The position numbers were made by a program, and so were the translations under genes. A stretch of DNA of 64,000 bases, taken from the NCBI RefSeq assembly GCF_056746865.1, contig NZ_CM163382.1, one strand, 5' to 3'. How positions within the stretch are numbered: position 1 is the stretch's first letter; every line of letters begins with the position of its first letter. Under the pieces are notes generated by a model, which saw nothing but the letters and a program-made list of their open reading frames with translations, did not search any database and had not been told where the DNA came from. Positions 29,096 to 42,761 of this stretch are shown here, in pieces.

Positions 29096-29500
29096 TTAGA
29101 TCAGGAAATCGTCGAGAGATTTACCTTCTGCCAGCGCCTGAGCGATTGGCTTCGGTGTACGGCCCTGACCGGTCCAGGTTTTAGTTTCACCGTTAACATC
29201 AGTGAATTTATATTTCGCCGGACGCGGCTGGCGTTTTTTACCAGCGCGTGGTGCAGCAGCAGAGCTATTACCCAATAACTCTTCCGGGTTAATTCCGTCA
29301 GCTTTCATCAGCTCCAGCCAGGTGCTAATTTTTTCCTGACGCTCAGCCAGTTCACGCTGCTGCTGTTCTTCTTCTTCACGTCTTTCTTTAGTGACAACCC
29401 TGAATTTTTCGAGCATTTCTTCAAGAACGTCAATGGAGAATTCGCGAGCCATCGCACGGAGAGTGCGAATGTTATTTAAACTTTGTAACATTACGGACAT
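29096..29500 (-). CDS. stpA: H-NS paralogue, DNA-binding protein StpA
   Basis: 134 aa, [21 protein letters not shown]... matches K-12 StpA. Confidence 0.95.
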   Translation of the reverse strand: MSVMLQSLNNIRTLRAMAREFSIDVLEEMLEKFRVVTKERREEEEQQQRELAERQEKISTWLELMKADGINPEELLGNSSAAAPRAGKKRQPRPAKYKFTDVNGETKTWTGQGRTPKPIAQALAEGKSLDDFLI

Positions 29501-30167
29501 AATAAAGAAAACCTTTTAACGCCAAAACAAAAAAGTATTTCGTCGCGTAGTGTAAGCGATCACTTATTATATTTCCACAAAATTTAATCTATTTACAGTC
29601 CTGCACGAGATTATTTCAGCTGTTATTTTCTGAAACTCTCAGAATAATTTCAAGATTATATATTAGCCATTTTGATGAGTAATTTCGGTTATTGGTGAAC
29701 AGAGCGGCGCTCTCTGCTCGCTAATTCCGCAAGCCTGACAAAACCAAAGTGAATAAAAATGCAATTTAACCGAATAAATGAAAACACCCCTCACTGGTGC
29801 TTTCTGCTGTCAATGTACATTTTCTGGCATAAAAAATGCTGAAAATGACCCGGTCACGACATACACCGAATTCTCTACGCTTATAGCGTTACCTCACCCC
29901 CAAACTTTCATTAGTGTAATTAAAGGCAGGATCATATCTAATTGATTCAATTGAAAATAAACCATATCGGCATGTAAAAATCCACAATGTACAAAAAACG
30001 CGCCGTTACGGAATATTTTATCTACAAAAACAGTTTAAATAAAAATTTTTCACTAATTGATTAGTCATAGCCAGCGATATACGCTATGCGAAAATGCAGA
30101 TGGCAATGAGATCCACTGCTTTCATCTCCATTCACATCCCATTACGCTTTTATTAAGGAGCATTAGC

Positions 30168-30617
30168 ATGTTCTCACCGCAGTCACGCTTGCGTCATGCA
30201 GTTGCAGATACGTTCGCGATGGTTGTTTACTGTTCTGTCGTGAACATGTGTATTGAAGTTTTCCTCTCCGGAATGAGCTTCGAACAGTCTTTTTATTCCA
30301 GATTGGTAGCGATTCCGGTGAACATCTTAATTGCATGGCCATACGGTATGTACCGCGATCTGTTTATGCGCGCAGCACGCAAAGTTAGCCCGTCGGGCTG
30401 GATAAAAAATCTGGCGGATATCATGGCTTATGTGACGTTCCAGTCACCGGTGTATGTGGCGATCTTGTTAGTGGTGGGCGCAGACTGGCATCAGATTATG
30501 GCGGCGGTCAGTTCAAACATCGTTGTTTCGATGTTGATGGGGGCGGTTTATGGCTACTTCCTCGATTATTGCCGCCGACTGTTTAAAGTTAGCCGTTACC
30601 AGCAGGTAAAAGCCTGA
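30168..30617 (+). CDS. alaE: L-alanine exporter AlaE (YgaW)
   Basis: Start at [15 protein letters not shown]; 149 aa; matches K-12. Confidence 0.92.
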   Translation: MFSPQSRLRHAVADTFAMVVYCSVVNMCIEVFLSGMSFEQSFYSRLVAIPVNILIAWPYGMYRDLFMRAARKVSPSGWIKNLADIMAYVTFQSPVYVAILLVVGADWHQIMAAVSSNIVVSMLMGAVYGYFLDYCRRLFKVSRYQQVKA

Positions 30618-30653
30618 CCCTTCTTTTCGCGACTGGCATCGCCAGTCGCGTCT

Positions 30654-30998
30654 TTAACTGGCTTCGCCAAATAAACCATTCAAATAACGTTCAAGCGCAA
30701 CACGCGAACTAAAGCCATGCGGGATACCGTAATGCTCATGACGTTCACCCGCTAAATAGAGCGGAAATTGTTGATAATGATCGCAAGTTTTAATATCGGA
30801 AGCGGGTTCAGCCAGTGTTGAACTACGTTCTTTTAATGTTGGATGAATCACCAGGGCGGTACGTCCCATTCGCGCTTCGCGATTAACATAGACATAATTT
30901 TCCCCACGGCGGTAACCATAAGCTTTCTGGGTTACCACATCGACAGTAAAACCGACTTTTTCAAGTACGCGCGCCACCTCGTCTGGTCGTAAATACAT
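30654..30998 (-). CDS. ygaC: DUF2002-family protein YgaC
   Basis: 114 aa, matches K-12. Confidence 0.9.
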
Positions 30999-31149
30999 AT
31001 TTGATCCTCGTTATTATCAACCGCGGGCCTACCTTACCTGATTGCGCATTCACAACGCTTTCAGAAAAGTCCATAAAGCCGCGATGAACCTCAGTTAAGA
31101 AAATTATGGTCTACACTGAAAATTACATCGAATTCTAATGGGGGATCAT

Positions 31150-31479
31150 ATGTTTAACCGACCGAACCGCAACGACGTTGATGATGGCGTGCAGGATATC
31201 CAGAATGATGTCAATCAATTAGCTGACAGCCTCGAGTCTGTGTTGAAGTCCTGGGGCAGCGACGCCAAAGGGGAAGCAGAAGCCGCTCGCAGTAAAGCGC
31301 AGGCTCTACTGAAAGAAACCAGGGCGCGAATGCATGGTCGTACTCGCGTCCAGCAAGCCGCACGCGATGCCGTTGGCTGCGCGGATTCTTTTGTTCGTGA
31401 AAGACCCTGGTGTAGCGTGGGTACAGCAGCTGCGGTAGGTATTTTTATCGGCGCACTGTTAAGCATGCGCAAATCGTAG
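31150..31479 (+). CDS. ygaM: ElaB/YqjD-family (DUF883) membrane-anchored protein YgaM
   Basis: Start at MFNRPNRND with GGGGGA SD; C-terminal transmembrane helix. Confidence 0.88.
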   Translation: MFNRPNRNDVDDGVQDIQNDVNQLADSLESVLKSWGSDAKGEAEAARSKAQALLKETRARMHGRTRVQQAARDAVGCADSFVRERPWCSVGTAAAVGIFIGALLSMRKS

Positions 31480-31510
31480 TGCAAAAATGATAATAAATAC
31501 GCGTCTTTGA

Positions 31511-31538
31511 CCCCGAAGCCTGGCTTCGGGGTTTTTTA
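31511..31538 (+). terminator. Rho-independent terminator after ygaM
   Basis: ccccgaagcc tggcttcgggg hairpin followed by TTTTTT. Confidence 0.6.
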
Positions 31539-32870
31539 GCTTAAGGCTTTACGTAATTGTTGTGCTACCTGTCGCGCCATACCTTCGTTAACGATATTAG
31601 TAAACGAGAGCAGTAATCCACCTTCCCCACTTGAACGGATACGCCAGTCGCTAAGTGCCTGCACCGCAAGGCCTGCAGCATTGGCTTTACGCGCATGGGC
31701 AATATCATCGCCTATCATTCTGATCACCATCTGGATACCACCTTTCTGCGGCACAACCTGAAATCCTTGCTGCGTCAACGCTTGCTCAATCCATTGCCGA
31801 CGTTGAGCATAATGCTGACGCATTTTCTTCAGATGCCGCCAGAAATGCCCCTCGCGAAGAAAGTCTGCCAGTGTGTTCTGCCATAGAACAGGTACCGCAC
31901 ATGGAGCCAGTGACGCCTGGTGGCGGAATTGTGCAATTTGCTTCACCGGCAACACCAGCCACGCACAGCGCAATGCAGGAAATAGCGCTTTGCTGAATGT
32001 TCCGGCATAAATTACCCGCTGCGGTGCGTCGAGACTTTTTAACGCCGGTAACGGCTTACCGTGATAGCGAAACTCACTGTCATAATCATCTTCAATAATC
32101 CATGCCTGACTACGATCTGCCCATTCCAGTATCTGATGCCTGCGCGCTAAAGAGAGCGCCACACCCAGCGGACTTTGGTGTGCTGGTGTTATCAGGGCAA
32201 AACGCGCATCAGGATAATTTTGTATTCCGCATGTGATATCCAGTCCATTGTCATCAACCGGCACAGGCAAAATTTCCACATCATGGCGAGTGACAATCGG
32301 GCGAATCAGTGGAAAGCCGGGATCTTCTATCCACATCCCGTTTCCCGGTTTCGCCAGCGCGTGCAGAATTAAAGCTATTGAGGCCGCATAACCGTGAGTG
32401 ATAAAGACCTGCTCTGGCTGACAATCAATCCCACGTGAAACGCGTAAGTAATCAACTATTGCCTCGCGCAACGCCACCTCACCGCAGACATCGCCTAACG
32501 CCAAATCAAAGCGCGTCTGGGTACGAAGGCGACGCCCCATCACCCGCGCCCACAGCTCTCGCGGAAAGAGATCGAGTGCGGGTAATCCCATTTGAAATGG
32601 CAACGGTTGCTGACTTTCACCGGCAAAAGCTACAACTTGTACAGTAGATTGTTGCGGATATATCCGCTCACTGACAAATGTGCCAGCCTGTCCCCGCCTG
32701 ATCAGCCATCCTTGCGCCACCAGCTCAGCATACGCATTTTCGACAGTGGATCGAGACACCCCCAGCTCCTGCGACCAGGTACGACTTGAAGGCAGCCTTG
32801 CGCCGGGTTTCAGTTCCCCTTGCTCAATAGCCGTTTTTAACTGACGGGCGATATCCTGATAGCGCGGCAT
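31536..32870 (-). CDS. MocR-type transcriptional regulator (GntR wHTH + PLP-dependent aminotransferase-like domain)
   Basis: 444 aa; N-terminal MPRYQDIARQLKTAIEQGELKPGARLPS... GntR-type HTH; large C-terminal aminotransferase-fold domain. Confidence 0.8.
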   Translation of the reverse strand: MPRYQDIARQLKTAIEQGELKPGARLPSSRTWSQELGVSRSTVENAYAELVAQGWLIRRGQAGTFVSERIYPQQSTVQVVAFAGESQQPLPFQMGLPALDLFPRELWARVMGRRLRTQTRFDLALGDVCGEVALREAIVDYLRVSRGIDCQPEQVFITHGYAASIALILHALAKPGNGMWIEDPGFPLIRPIVTRHDVEILPVPVDDNGLDITCGIQNYPDARFALITPAHQSPLGVALSLARRHQILEWADRSQAWIIEDDYDSEFRYHGKPLPALKSLDAPQRVIYAGTFSKALFPALRCAWLVLPVKQIAQFRHQASLAPCAVPVLWQNTLADFLREGHFWRHLKKMRQHYAQRRQWIEQALTQQGFQVVPQKGGIQMVIRMIGDDIAHARKANAAGLAVQALSDWRIRSSGEGGLLLSFTNIVNEGMARQVAQQLRKALS

Positions 32871-32957
32871 ATGGTCTGCTTTTTTAGGTAATTTATGGCT
32901 CTCTTTAGCAGTCCATTATAGTGCTACATTGCGGGCGTTAATAAGAGGAGAAACTGT

Positions 32958-33389
32958 ATGACTACATTACGTCAGCCTTACTACGAACTTAGCCCGGCAG
33001 TGTATAACGCACTAGTGCAGGCCAAAACGGCACTGGAAAATAGCACGCTGGATACCACGTTGATGGAGTTAGTTTATTTGCGCGTCTCGCAAATCAACGG
33101 CTGCGCATTTTGTCTGGAGATGCACAGCAAAGCATTGCGCAAATCCGGCGTGCCACAGCACAAACTGGACGCCCTGGCAGGTTGGCGCGTAAGCCATCAT
33201 TTTGATGAACGCGAGCGGGCGGCGCTGGCATGGGCGGAATCGGTAACCGAAATTGCCAGAACCCATGCGGAAGACGAGGTTTATCAGCCTTTGCTTGAGC
33301 ATTTCAGCGCAGCAGAGATCAGCGACTTAACGTTTGCCATCGGGCTGATGAATTGTTTTAACCGTCTGGCCGTTTCCATGCGGATGTAA
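32958..33389 (+). CDS. AhpD-like / carboxymuconolactone decarboxylase family protein
   Basis: 143 aa with CAFCLEMH (CxxCxxxH) AhpD-core motif. Confidence 0.8.
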   Translation: MTTLRQPYYELSPAVYNALVQAKTALENSTLDTTLMELVYLRVSQINGCAFCLEMHSKALRKSGVPQHKLDALAGWRVSHHFDERERAALAWAESVTEIARTHAEDEVYQPLLEHFSAAEISDLTFAIGLMNCFNRLAVSMRM

Positions 33390-33597
33390 CTTCTTGATGC
33401 CGGGTATTCACCCGGCAAAAAAACACAAAATCCCCTACCCCGTTGAGCCATTCATCGGTGGCGTAATCAATCTAAAATTCCCATATCTTGTATGGTTGAA
33501 TCTTTTTTCAACTACATCTAGTATCTCTGTATCAACAGAGAGACAACCCGACGCGTATCATCGCGCCGTATCTTCATTTTAAACGGAAATACGAATC

Positions 33598-33843
33598 ATG
33601 CGCATTACTATTTACACTCGTAACGATTGCGTTCAGTGCCACGCCACCAAACGGGCGATGGAAAACCGGGGCTTTGATTTTGAAATGATTAATGTCGATC
33701 ACGTTCCTGAAGCGGCGGAAGCGTTGCGTGCTCAGGGCTTTCGTCAGTTGCCGGTAGTGATTGCTGGCGATCTTAGCTGGTCTGGTTTCCGCCCGGACAT
33801 GATCAATCGTCTGCATCCAGCGCCACACGCGGCCAGTGCATGA
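33598..33843 (+). CDS. nrdH: Glutaredoxin-like protein NrdH
   Basis: 81 aa, [21 protein letters not shown]... matches K-12. Confidence 0.95.
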   Translation: MRITIYTRNDCVQCHATKRAMENRGFDFEMINVDHVPEAAEALRAQGFRQLPVVIAGDLSWSGFRPDMINRLHPAPHAASA

Positions 33844-34241
33844 GCCAGCTCGTCTACTTTTCCAGTAGCTCCGAAAATACGCAGCGTTTTATCGAACGTT
33901 TAGGACTGCCCGCGGTGCGCATCCCGCTCAATGAGCGGGAACGGATTCAGGTAGACGAGCCTTACATCCTGATCGTGCCCTCTTACGGCGGCGGCGGTAC
34001 GGCTGGCGCAGTGCCACGACAGGTCATTCGCTTTTTAAACGACGAGCACAACCGGGTGTTGCTGCGCGGCGTTATTGCTTCGGGTAATCGCAACTTTGGT
34101 GAGGCGTATGGCCGCGCCGGAGATGTGATAGCCCGGAAATGCGGCGTGCCGTGGCTGTACCGCTTTGAACTCATGGGTACGCAAAGCGATATCGAAAACG
34201 TTCGTAAAGGAGTAACCGAATTTTGGCAACGACAACCGTAG
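33840..34241 (+). CDS. nrdI: Flavodoxin-like ribonucleotide reductase stimulatory protein NrdI
   Basis: [17 protein letters not shown]...; ATGA overlap with nrdH. Confidence 0.93.
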   Translation: MSQLVYFSSSSENTQRFIERLGLPAVRIPLNERERIQVDEPYILIVPSYGGGGTAGAVPRQVIRFLNDEHNRVLLRGVIASGNRNFGEAYGRAGDVIARKCGVPWLYRFELMGTQSDIENVRKGVTEFWQRQP

Positions 34242-36367
34242 AACGCCTGACGCAGGAAACGATGGATTACCACGCGCTGAATGCGATGCTTAACCTTTAC
34301 GATAGCGCAGGTCGCATTCAGTTCGATAAAGATCGCCAGGCCGTTGACGCCTTTATGGCGACACATGTGCGTCCGAACAGTGTGACCTTCAGTAGCCAGC
34401 AGCAGCGCCTGAACTGGCTGGTCAACGAAGGTTACTATGATGAAAACGTCCTCAACCGCTACTCTCGCGATTTTGTCATTACGCTGTTTGCCCACGCGCA
34501 CGCCAGCGGTTTTCGTTTCCAGACATTCCTCGGAGCATGGAAGTTTTACACCAGCTATACGTTGAAGACATTCGACGGTAAGCGTTATCTGGAAGATTTT
34601 GCCGATCGAGTCACGATGGTGGCGCTGACGCTGGCACAAGGCGATGAAACTCTGGCGACGCAACTGACCGATGAGATGCTGTCAGGACGCTTTCAGCCAG
34701 CCACGCCAACATTCCTCAACTGCGGTAAGCAGCAGCGCGGCGAACTGGTTTCCTGTTTTTTGCTGCGTATTGAAGACAATATGGAGTCGATTGGTCGGGC
34801 GGTAAATTCCGCACTGCAACTGTCGAAACGCGGCGGCGGCGTAGCATTTTTGCTGTCGAATCTGCGAGAAGCGGGCGCGCCAATTAAACGTATTGAAAAT
34901 CAATCATCTGGCGTGATTCCGGTGATGAAAATGCTGGAAGACGCATTTTCCTATGCCAACCAGCTCGGCGCGCGTCAGGGTGCTGGCGCAGTCTATTTAC
35001 ATGCCCATCATCCCGATATTCTGCGTTTTCTCGATACGAAACGGGAAAATGCCGACGAGAAAATCCGCATTAAAACACTGTCGCTGGGCGTGGTGATCCC
35101 GGATATCACTTTCCATCTGGCAAAAGAGAATGCGCAGATGGCACTGTTTTCGCCTTATGACGTTGAGCGGGTTTATGGCAAGCCGTTTGCTGATATCGCC
35201 ATCAGTGAACACTATGCCGAACTGGTTGCCAATGAACGCATCCGCAAAAAATACCTCAACGCCCGTGATTTCTTCCAGCGACTGGCAGAAATCCAGTTTG
35301 AGTCCGGCTATCCCTACATCATGTATGAAGACACGGTTAACCGTGCTAACCCTATCGCCGGGCGCATAAATATGAGCAATCTCTGCTCAGAAATTTTGCA
35401 GGTTAACAGCGCCTCAGAGTATGACGAGAATCTCGACTATGCCCGCACAGGCCATGATATTTCCTGCAATTTAGGTTCGTTGAATATTGCCCACACCATG
35501 GATTCCCCCGACTTTGCCCGCACGGTAGAGACTGCCGTGCGCGGTTTAACGGCGGTGTCAGATATGAGTCATATCCGCAGCGTGCCGTCCATCGAAGCCG
35601 GAAATGCCGCCTCACACGCCATCGGACTGGGGCAGATGAATTTACACGGCTATCTGGCGCGAGAAGGCATCGCTTATGGTTCGCCGGAAGCACTGGATTT
35701 CACCAATCTCTATTTCTATACCATCACCTGGCACGCACTGCGTACCTCGATGTTGCTGGCGCGCGAACGCGGTGAAACCTTCGCCGGGTTCAAACAGTCA
35801 CGCTATGCCAGTGGTGAATATTTTAGCCAATATCTGCAAGGGAACTGGCAGCCGAAAACGGCGAAAGTTGGCGAACTGTTTACCCGTAGCGGTATTACGT
35901 TACCTACCCGTGAGATGTGGGCGCAGCTGCGCGACGACGTGATGCGCTACGGCATTTACAACCAGAATCTTCAGGCGGTGCCGCCCACCGGTTCTATCTC
36001 TTATATCAACCATGCTACGTCGAGTATTCATCCAATTGTGGCGAAAGTAGAGATACGCAAAGAGGGCAAAACAGGGCGCGTTTACTACCCTGCCCCGTTT
36101 ATGACTAACGAAAATCTGGCGCTGTATCAGGACGCTTACGAAATCGGCGCAGAAAAGATCATCGACACCTACGCGGAAGCGACTCGCCATGTCGATCAGG
36201 GGCTGTCGCTGACGCTGTTTTTCCCCGATACCGCCACCACTCGCGATATCAACAAAGCGCAGATTTACGCCTGGCGCAAGGGTATCAAAACGCTCTACTA
36301 CATCCGCCTGCGTCAGATGGCGCTGGAAGGCACTGAAATTGAAGGCTGCGTCTCCTGTGCACTTTAA
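34223..36367 (+). CDS. nrdE: Class Ib ribonucleoside-diphosphate reductase alpha subunit NrdE
   Basis: 714 aa, matches K-12. Confidence 0.95.
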   Translation: MATTTVERLTQETMDYHALNAMLNLYDSAGRIQFDKDRQAVDAFMATHVRPNSVTFSSQQQRLNWLVNEGYYDENVLNRYSRDFVITLFAHAHASGFRFQTFLGAWKFYTSYTLKTFDGKRYLEDFADRVTMVALTLAQGDETLATQLTDEMLSGRFQPATPTFLNCGKQQRGELVSCFLLRIEDNMESIGRAVNSALQLSKRGGGVAFLLSNLREAGAPIKRIENQSSGVIPVMKMLEDAFSYANQLGARQGAGAVYLHAHHPDILRFLDTKRENADEKIRIKTLSLGVVIPDITFHLAKENAQMALFSPYDVERVYGKPFADIAISEHYAELVANERIRKKYLNARDFFQRLAEIQFESGYPYIMYEDTVNRANPIAGRINMSNLCSEILQVNSASEYDENLDYARTGHDISCNLGSLNIAHTMDSPDFARTVETAVRGLTAVSDMSHIRSVPSIEAGNAASHAIGLGQMNLHGYLAREGIAYGSPEALDFTNLYFYTITWHALRTSMLLARERGETFAGFKQSRYASGEYFSQYLQGNWQPKTAKVGELFTRSGITLPTREMWAQLRDDVMRYGIYNQNLQAVPPTGSISYINHATSSIHPIVAKVEIRKEGKTGRVYYPAPFMTNENLALYQDAYEIGAEKIIDTYAEATRHVDQGLSLTLFFPDTATTRDINKAQIYAWRKGIKTLYYIRLRQMALEGTEIEGCVSCAL

Positions 36368-37336
<969 letters not shown>

Positions 37337-37692
37337 GGGTGTTATTTTTCAAAAATATCACTACCCGCAGCAGGGAAATAATTCCCGCCAAATAGCTTTA
37401 TATCACGCAAATAATTTGTGGTGATCTACACTGATACTCTGTTGCATTATTCGCCTGAAACCACAATATTCAGGCGTTTTTTTGCTATCTTTGACAAAAA
37501 ATATCAACTTTTCTCGATTTGCTCTCAGCCCTTATATCATGGGAAATTCCGGCGATTTGCTCACATCAATATTCATGCCACATTTGCCATCAGGGGTTGC
37601 CTCAGATTCTCAGTATGTTAGGGTAGAAAAAAGTGACTATTTCCATTGGGTAATGTATCGACATAAACAAATAACAGGAATCTTTCTATTGC

Positions 37693-38895
37693 ATGGCAAT
37701 TAAATTAGAAATTAAAAATCTTTATAAAATATTTGGTGAGCATCCACAGCGAGCTTTCAAATATATCGAACAAGGACTTTCAAAAGAACAAATTCTGGAA
37801 AAAACTGGGCTATCGCTTGGCGTAAAAGACGCCAGTCTGGCCATTGAAGAAGGCGAGATATTTGTCATCATGGGATTATCCGGTTCGGGTAAATCCACAA
37901 TGGTACGCCTTCTCAATCGCCTGATTGAACCCACCCGCGGGCAAGTGCTGATTGATGGTGTGGATATTGCCAAAATATCCGACGCCGAACTCCGTGAGGT
38001 GCGCAGAAAAAAGATTGCGATGGTCTTCCAGTCCTTTGCCTTAATGCCGCATATGACCGTGCTGGACAATACTGCGTTCGGTATGGAATTGGCCGGAATT
38101 AATGCCGAAGAACGCCGGGAAAAAGCCCTTGATGCACTGCGTCAGGTCGGGCTGGAAAATTATGCCCACAGCTACCCGGATGAACTCTCTGGCGGGATGC
38201 GTCAACGTGTGGGATTAGCCCGCGCGTTAGCGATTAATCCGGATATATTATTAATGGACGAAGCCTTCTCGGCGCTCGATCCATTAATTCGCACCGAGAT
38301 GCAGGATGAGCTGGTAAAATTACAGGCGAAACATCAGCGCACCATTGTCTTTATTTCCCACGATCTCGATGAAGCCATGCGTATTGGCGACCGAATTGCC
38401 ATTATGCAAAATGGTGAAGTGGTGCAGGTTGGTACACCGGATGAAATTCTTAATAATCCGGCGAATGATTATGTCCGTACCTTCTTCCGTGGCGTCGATA
38501 TTAGCCAGGTGTTCAGTGCGAAAGATATTGCCCGTCGTACACCGAACGGCTTAATTCGTAAAACCCCCGGCTTCGGCCCGCGTTCGGCACTGAAATTATT
38601 GCAGGATGAAGATCGCGAATATGGCTACGTCATCGAACGCGGTAATAAGTTTGTCGGCGCTGTGTCTATCGATTCGCTTAAAGCCGCGTTAACGCAGCAG
38701 CAAGGTCTTGATGCGGCGCTGATTGATGCGCCGTTAGCGGTCGATGCACAAACGCCTCTTAGCGAGTTGCTCTCTCATGTCGGACAGGCCCCCTGTGCGG
38801 TGCCCGTGGTCGACGAGGACCAACAGTATGTCGGCATCATTTCGAAAGGAATGCTGCTGCGCGCTTTAGATCGTGAGGGGGTAAATAATGGCTGA
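37693..38895 (+). CDS. proV: Glycine betaine/proline ABC transporter ATPase ProV (with C-terminal CBS domains)
   Basis: 400 aa; Walker [10 protein letters not shown]; matches K-12. Confidence 0.95.
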   Translation: MAIKLEIKNLYKIFGEHPQRAFKYIEQGLSKEQILEKTGLSLGVKDASLAIEEGEIFVIMGLSGSGKSTMVRLLNRLIEPTRGQVLIDGVDIAKISDAELREVRRKKIAMVFQSFALMPHMTVLDNTAFGMELAGINAEERREKALDALRQVGLENYAHSYPDELSGGMRQRVGLARALAINPDILLMDEAFSALDPLIRTEMQDELVKLQAKHQRTIVFISHDLDEAMRIGDRIAIMQNGEVVQVGTPDEILNNPANDYVRTFFRGVDISQVFSAKDIARRTPNGLIRKTPGFGPRSALKLLQDEDREYGYVIERGNKFVGAVSIDSLKAALTQQQGLDAALIDAPLAVDAQTPLSELLSHVGQAPCAVPVVDEDQQYVGIISKGMLLRALDREGVNNG

Positions 38896-39952
38896 TCAAA
38901 ATAATCCGTGGGATACCACGCCAGCGGCGGACAGTGCCGCACAGTCCGCAGACGCCTGGGGTACACCGGCGACTGCACCGACTGACGGCGGTGGTGCTGA
39001 CTGGCTGACCAGTACGCCAGCGCCAAACGTCGAGCATTTTAATATTCTCGATCCGTTCCATAAAACGCTGATCCCGCTCGACAGTTGGGTCACTGAAGGG
39101 ATCGACTGGGTCGTTACCCATTTCCGTCCCGTCTTCCAGGGCGTGCGCGTTCCGGTTGATTACATCCTCAACGGTTTCCAGCAATTGCTGCTGGGTATGC
39201 CCGCTCCGGTGGCGATTATCGTTTTCGCTCTCATCGCCTGGCAAATTTCCGGTGTCGGAATGGGCGTGGCGACGCTGGTTTCGCTGATTGCCATCGGCGC
39301 AATCGGTGCCTGGTCACAGGCAATGGTTACTCTGGCGCTGGTGCTAACCGCCCTGCTGTTCTGTATCGTCATCGGTTTGCCGTTGGGGATCTGGCTGGCG
39401 AGAAGTCCACGAGCGGCGAAAATTATTCGTCCACTGCTTGATGCCATGCAGACCACGCCAGCGTTTGTCTACCTGGTGCCAATCGTCATGCTGTTTGGTA
39501 TCGGTAACGTGCCGGGCGTGGTGGTGACGATCATCTTTGCGCTGCCGCCGATTATCCGTCTGACGATTCTGGGAATTAACCAGGTTCCGGCGGATCTGAT
39601 TGAAGCCTCGCGCTCATTCGGTGCCAGCCCGCGCCAGATGCTGTTCAAAGTTCAGTTACCGCTGGCGATGCCGACCATTATGGCGGGCGTTAACCAGACG
39701 CTGATGCTGGCCCTTTCTATGGTGGTCATCGCCTCGATGATTGCCGTCGGCGGGCTGGGTCAGATGGTGCTTCGCGGTATCGGTCGTCTGGATATGGGGC
39801 TTGCCACCGTTGGCGGCGTCGGGATTGTGATCCTCGCCATTATCCTCGACCGCCTGACGCAGGCCGTTGGGCGCGACTCACGCAGTCGCGGCAACCGTCG
39901 CTGGTACACCACTGGCCCTGTTGGTTTGCTGACCCGCCCATTCATTAAGTAA
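38888..39952 (+). CDS. proW: Glycine betaine/proline ABC transporter permease ProW
   Basis: 354 aa, matches K-12. Confidence 0.95.
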   Translation: MADQNNPWDTTPAADSAAQSADAWGTPATAPTDGGGADWLTSTPAPNVEHFNILDPFHKTLIPLDSWVTEGIDWVVTHFRPVFQGVRVPVDYILNGFQQLLLGMPAPVAIIVFALIAWQISGVGMGVATLVSLIAIGAIGAWSQAMVTLALVLTALLFCIVIGLPLGIWLARSPRAAKIIRPLLDAMQTTPAFVYLVPIVMLFGIGNVPGVVVTIIFALPPIIRLTILGINQVPADLIEASRSFGASPRQMLFKVQLPLAMPTIMAGVNQTLMLALSMVVIASMIAVGGLGQMVLRGIGRLDMGLATVGGVGIVILAIILDRLTQAVGRDSRSRGNRRWYTTGPVGLLTRPFIK

Positions 39953-40008
39953 CTCTGCACTTGCCCGGTAACGCCGGGCATATCACCCTGCCAAAAAAAG
40001 GAATAACA

Positions 40009-41001
40009 ATGCGACATAGCGTACTTTTTGCGACAGCGTTTGCCACGCTTATCTCTACACAAACTTTTGCTGCCGACCTGCCGGGCAAAGGCATTACAGT
40101 TAATCCAGTTCAAAGCACCATCACCGAAGAAACCTTCCAGACACTGCTGGTCAGTCGTGCGCTGGAGAAATTAGGTTATACCGTCAATAAACCCAGCGAA
40201 GTGGATTACAACGTTGGCTACACCTCGCTTGCTTCCGGCGATGCAACCTTCACCGCCGTGAACTGGACGCCACTGCATGACAACATGTACGAAGCTGCCG
40301 GTGGCGATAAGAAATTTTATCGTGAAGGAGTATTTGTTAACGGCGCGGCACAGGGTTACCTGATCGATAAGAAAACTGCCGACCAGTACAAAATCACCAA
40401 CATCGCGCAACTTAAAGATCCGAAGATCGCCAAACTGTTCGATACCAACGGCGACGGTAAAGCGGATTTAACCGGCTGTAACCCAGGCTGGGGCTGCGAA
40501 GGTGCGATCAACCACCAGCTTGCCGCGTATGGACTGACCAATACCGTGACGCATAATCAGGGGAACTACGCAGCGATGATGGCTGACACCATCAGTCGTT
40601 ACAAAGAGGGTAAGCCGGTGTTTTACTACACCTGGACGCCGTACTGGGTGAGTAACGAACTGAAACCGGGGAAAGATGTGGTCTGGTTGCAGGTGCCGTT
40701 CTCCGCACTGCCGGGCGATAAAAATGCCGATACCAAACTGCCGAATGGCGCGAATTACGGCTTCCCGGTCAGTACCATGCATATCGTTGCCAACAAAGCC
40801 TGGGCCGAGAAAAACCCGGCAGCAGCGAAACTGTTTGCCATTATGCAGTTACCAGTGGCAGATATTAACGCCCAGAACGCCATTATGCATGACGGCAAAG
40901 CCTCAGAAGGCGATATTCAGGGCCACGTTGATGGCTGGATCAAAGCCCACCAGCAGCAGTTCGATGGCTGGGTGAATGAGGCGCTGGCAGCGCAGAAGTA
41001 A
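40009..41001 (+). CDS. proX: Glycine betaine/proline periplasmic binding protein ProX
   Basis: Start at [21 protein letters not shown] (signal peptide); 330 aa. Confidence 0.93.
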   Translation: MRHSVLFATAFATLISTQTFAADLPGKGITVNPVQSTITEETFQTLLVSRALEKLGYTVNKPSEVDYNVGYTSLASGDATFTAVNWTPLHDNMYEAAGGDKKFYREGVFVNGAAQGYLIDKKTADQYKITNIAQLKDPKIAKLFDTNGDGKADLTGCNPGWGCEGAINHQLAAYGLTNTVTHNQGNYAAMMADTISRYKEGKPVFYYTWTPYWVSNELKPGKDVVWLQVPFSALPGDKNADTKLPNGANYGFPVSTMHIVANKAWAEKNPAAAKLFAIMQLPVADINAQNAIMHDGKASEGDIQGHVDGWIKAHQQQFDGWVNEALAAQK

Positions 41002-41453
41002 ATATTGATAACCGCGCAGATAATGCTCATGTGAGTAAAACAATTGCAGCGATGGTTTTAATCCCGCTGAAAATCGATGAGACGTTTTCTGAAGGCCGGG
41101 GCGACGCGCAGGGATGCGCGGCGAGGGCGCGTCTTACAGGGATGTTACCTCGCGCCCGTACCCGATAGCCGTAAGAAATAAGTCGAATGTACCGCGTAGC
41201 GGCGATTTTGTGCCAAAAGCCTGGGTCGCCAGGGTGGTGGCGACTGAGCCACCCTGGCACGTTCACCAGCAAAATAGTGACAAAGTAGCTATAATCTGGA
41301 AGTGAACGTAACATTTGCCTTAGTGGCATATTTCACCTTCAAATACCCTCTCCCCATTACCCGCACATTTTAACAATCTATCTTTCGCCCCACATTCATA
41401 AACATCCGCTATTATTGATTCCCAGCTTAATCATCACCTGATGAACAAAAATA

Positions 41454-42638
41454 ATGACTAAAACAAACCATGAGCTTAGCCCGGCGCTGATCGTGCTGAT
41501 GTCTATCGCCACCGGTCTGGCGGTAGCCAGTAACTATTACGCCCAGCCATTACTCGACACCATCGCGCGTAACTTTTCCCTTTCCGCCAGTTCGGCGGGC
41601 TTTATTGTTACCGCCGCGCAGTTGGGCTATGCCGCAGGTCTGCTGTTTCTTGTTCCCCTCGGTGATATGTTTGAACGTCGCCGCCTGATTGTCTCGATGA
41701 CCTTACTGGCGGCAGGCGGCATGTTAATTACTGCCAGCAGTCAGTCGCTGGCGATGATGATCCTCGGTACGGCATTGACCGGTTTATTCTCGGTCGTGGC
41801 ACAAATTCTGGTTCCGCTGGCAGCGACGCTGGCTTCACCAGACAAACGCGGCAAAGTGGTCGGCACCATTATGAGCGGGCTGCTGTTGGGGATCTTGCTG
41901 GCACGAACCGTTGCCGGGTTGCTGGCAAACCTCGGCGGCTGGCGCACCGTCTTTTGGGTTGCCTCGGTGTTAATGGCACTGATGGCGCTGGCATTATGGC
42001 GTGGTCTGCCACAAATGAAATCAGAAACCCACCTCAACTACCCACAGTTGCTTGGTTCCGTTTTCAGCATGTTTATCAGCGATAAAATTCTGCGCACCCG
42101 CGCGTTGCTGGGCTGCCTGACCTTTGCCAACTTCAGCATTCTCTGGACCTCAATGGCCTTTTTGCTTGCCGCTCCACCTTTTAACTACAGCGATGGTGTA
42201 ATTGGTCTGTTTGGACTTGCGGGAGCTGCCGGAGCGTTGGGCGCTCGTCCGGCGGGCGGTTTTGCCGACAAGGGCAAATCGCACCACACAACAACTTTCG
42301 GTCTGCTTCTGCTGTTACTTTCATGGCTGGCAATCTGGTTTGGTCACACTTCCGTACTGGCGCTGATTATCGGCATCCTGGTGCTGGACCTCACCGTGCA
42401 GGGCGTGCATATCACTAACCAGACGGTAATTTATCGAATACATCCTGATGCGCGTAATCGCCTGACCGCAGGTTACATGACCAGCTACTTTATTGGCGGT
42501 GCCGCCGGTTCGCTAATTTCAGCCTCAGCCTGGCAACATGGCGGTTGGGCTGGCGTTTGTCTGGCTGGCGCGACGATTGCCCTGGTTAACTTACTGGTCT
42601 GGTGGCGAGGTTTTCATCGTCAGGAAGCCGCAAATTAA
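41454..42638 (+). CDS. ygaY: MFS transporter YgaY, apparently intact
   Basis: 394-aa uninterrupted ORF with multiple hydrophobic helices; position between proX and ygaZ. Confidence 0.8.
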   Translation: MTKTNHELSPALIVLMSIATGLAVASNYYAQPLLDTIARNFSLSASSAGFIVTAAQLGYAAGLLFLVPLGDMFERRRLIVSMTLLAAGGMLITASSQSLAMMILGTALTGLFSVVAQILVPLAATLASPDKRGKVVGTIMSGLLLGILLARTVAGLLANLGGWRTVFWVASVLMALMALALWRGLPQMKSETHLNYPQLLGSVFSMFISDKILRTRALLGCLTFANFSILWTSMAFLLAAPPFNYSDGVIGLFGLAGAAGALGARPAGGFADKGKSHHTTTFGLLLLLLSWLAIWFGHTSVLALIIGILVLDLTVQGVHITNQTVIYRIHPDARNRLTAGYMTSYFIGGAAGSLISASAWQHGGWAGVCLAGATIALVNLLVWWRGFHRQEAAN

Positions 42639-42761
42639 GCAATCAGCAACCGTTTTCGTGGCTTTACACTTATAAGGGTGTTAAGAAGCCCATCAGTCTG
42701 ATAAGGTTAAGATATTCATTCAGTCTATTTATAATATTAACAATCGTTAAGCGTACACTCT

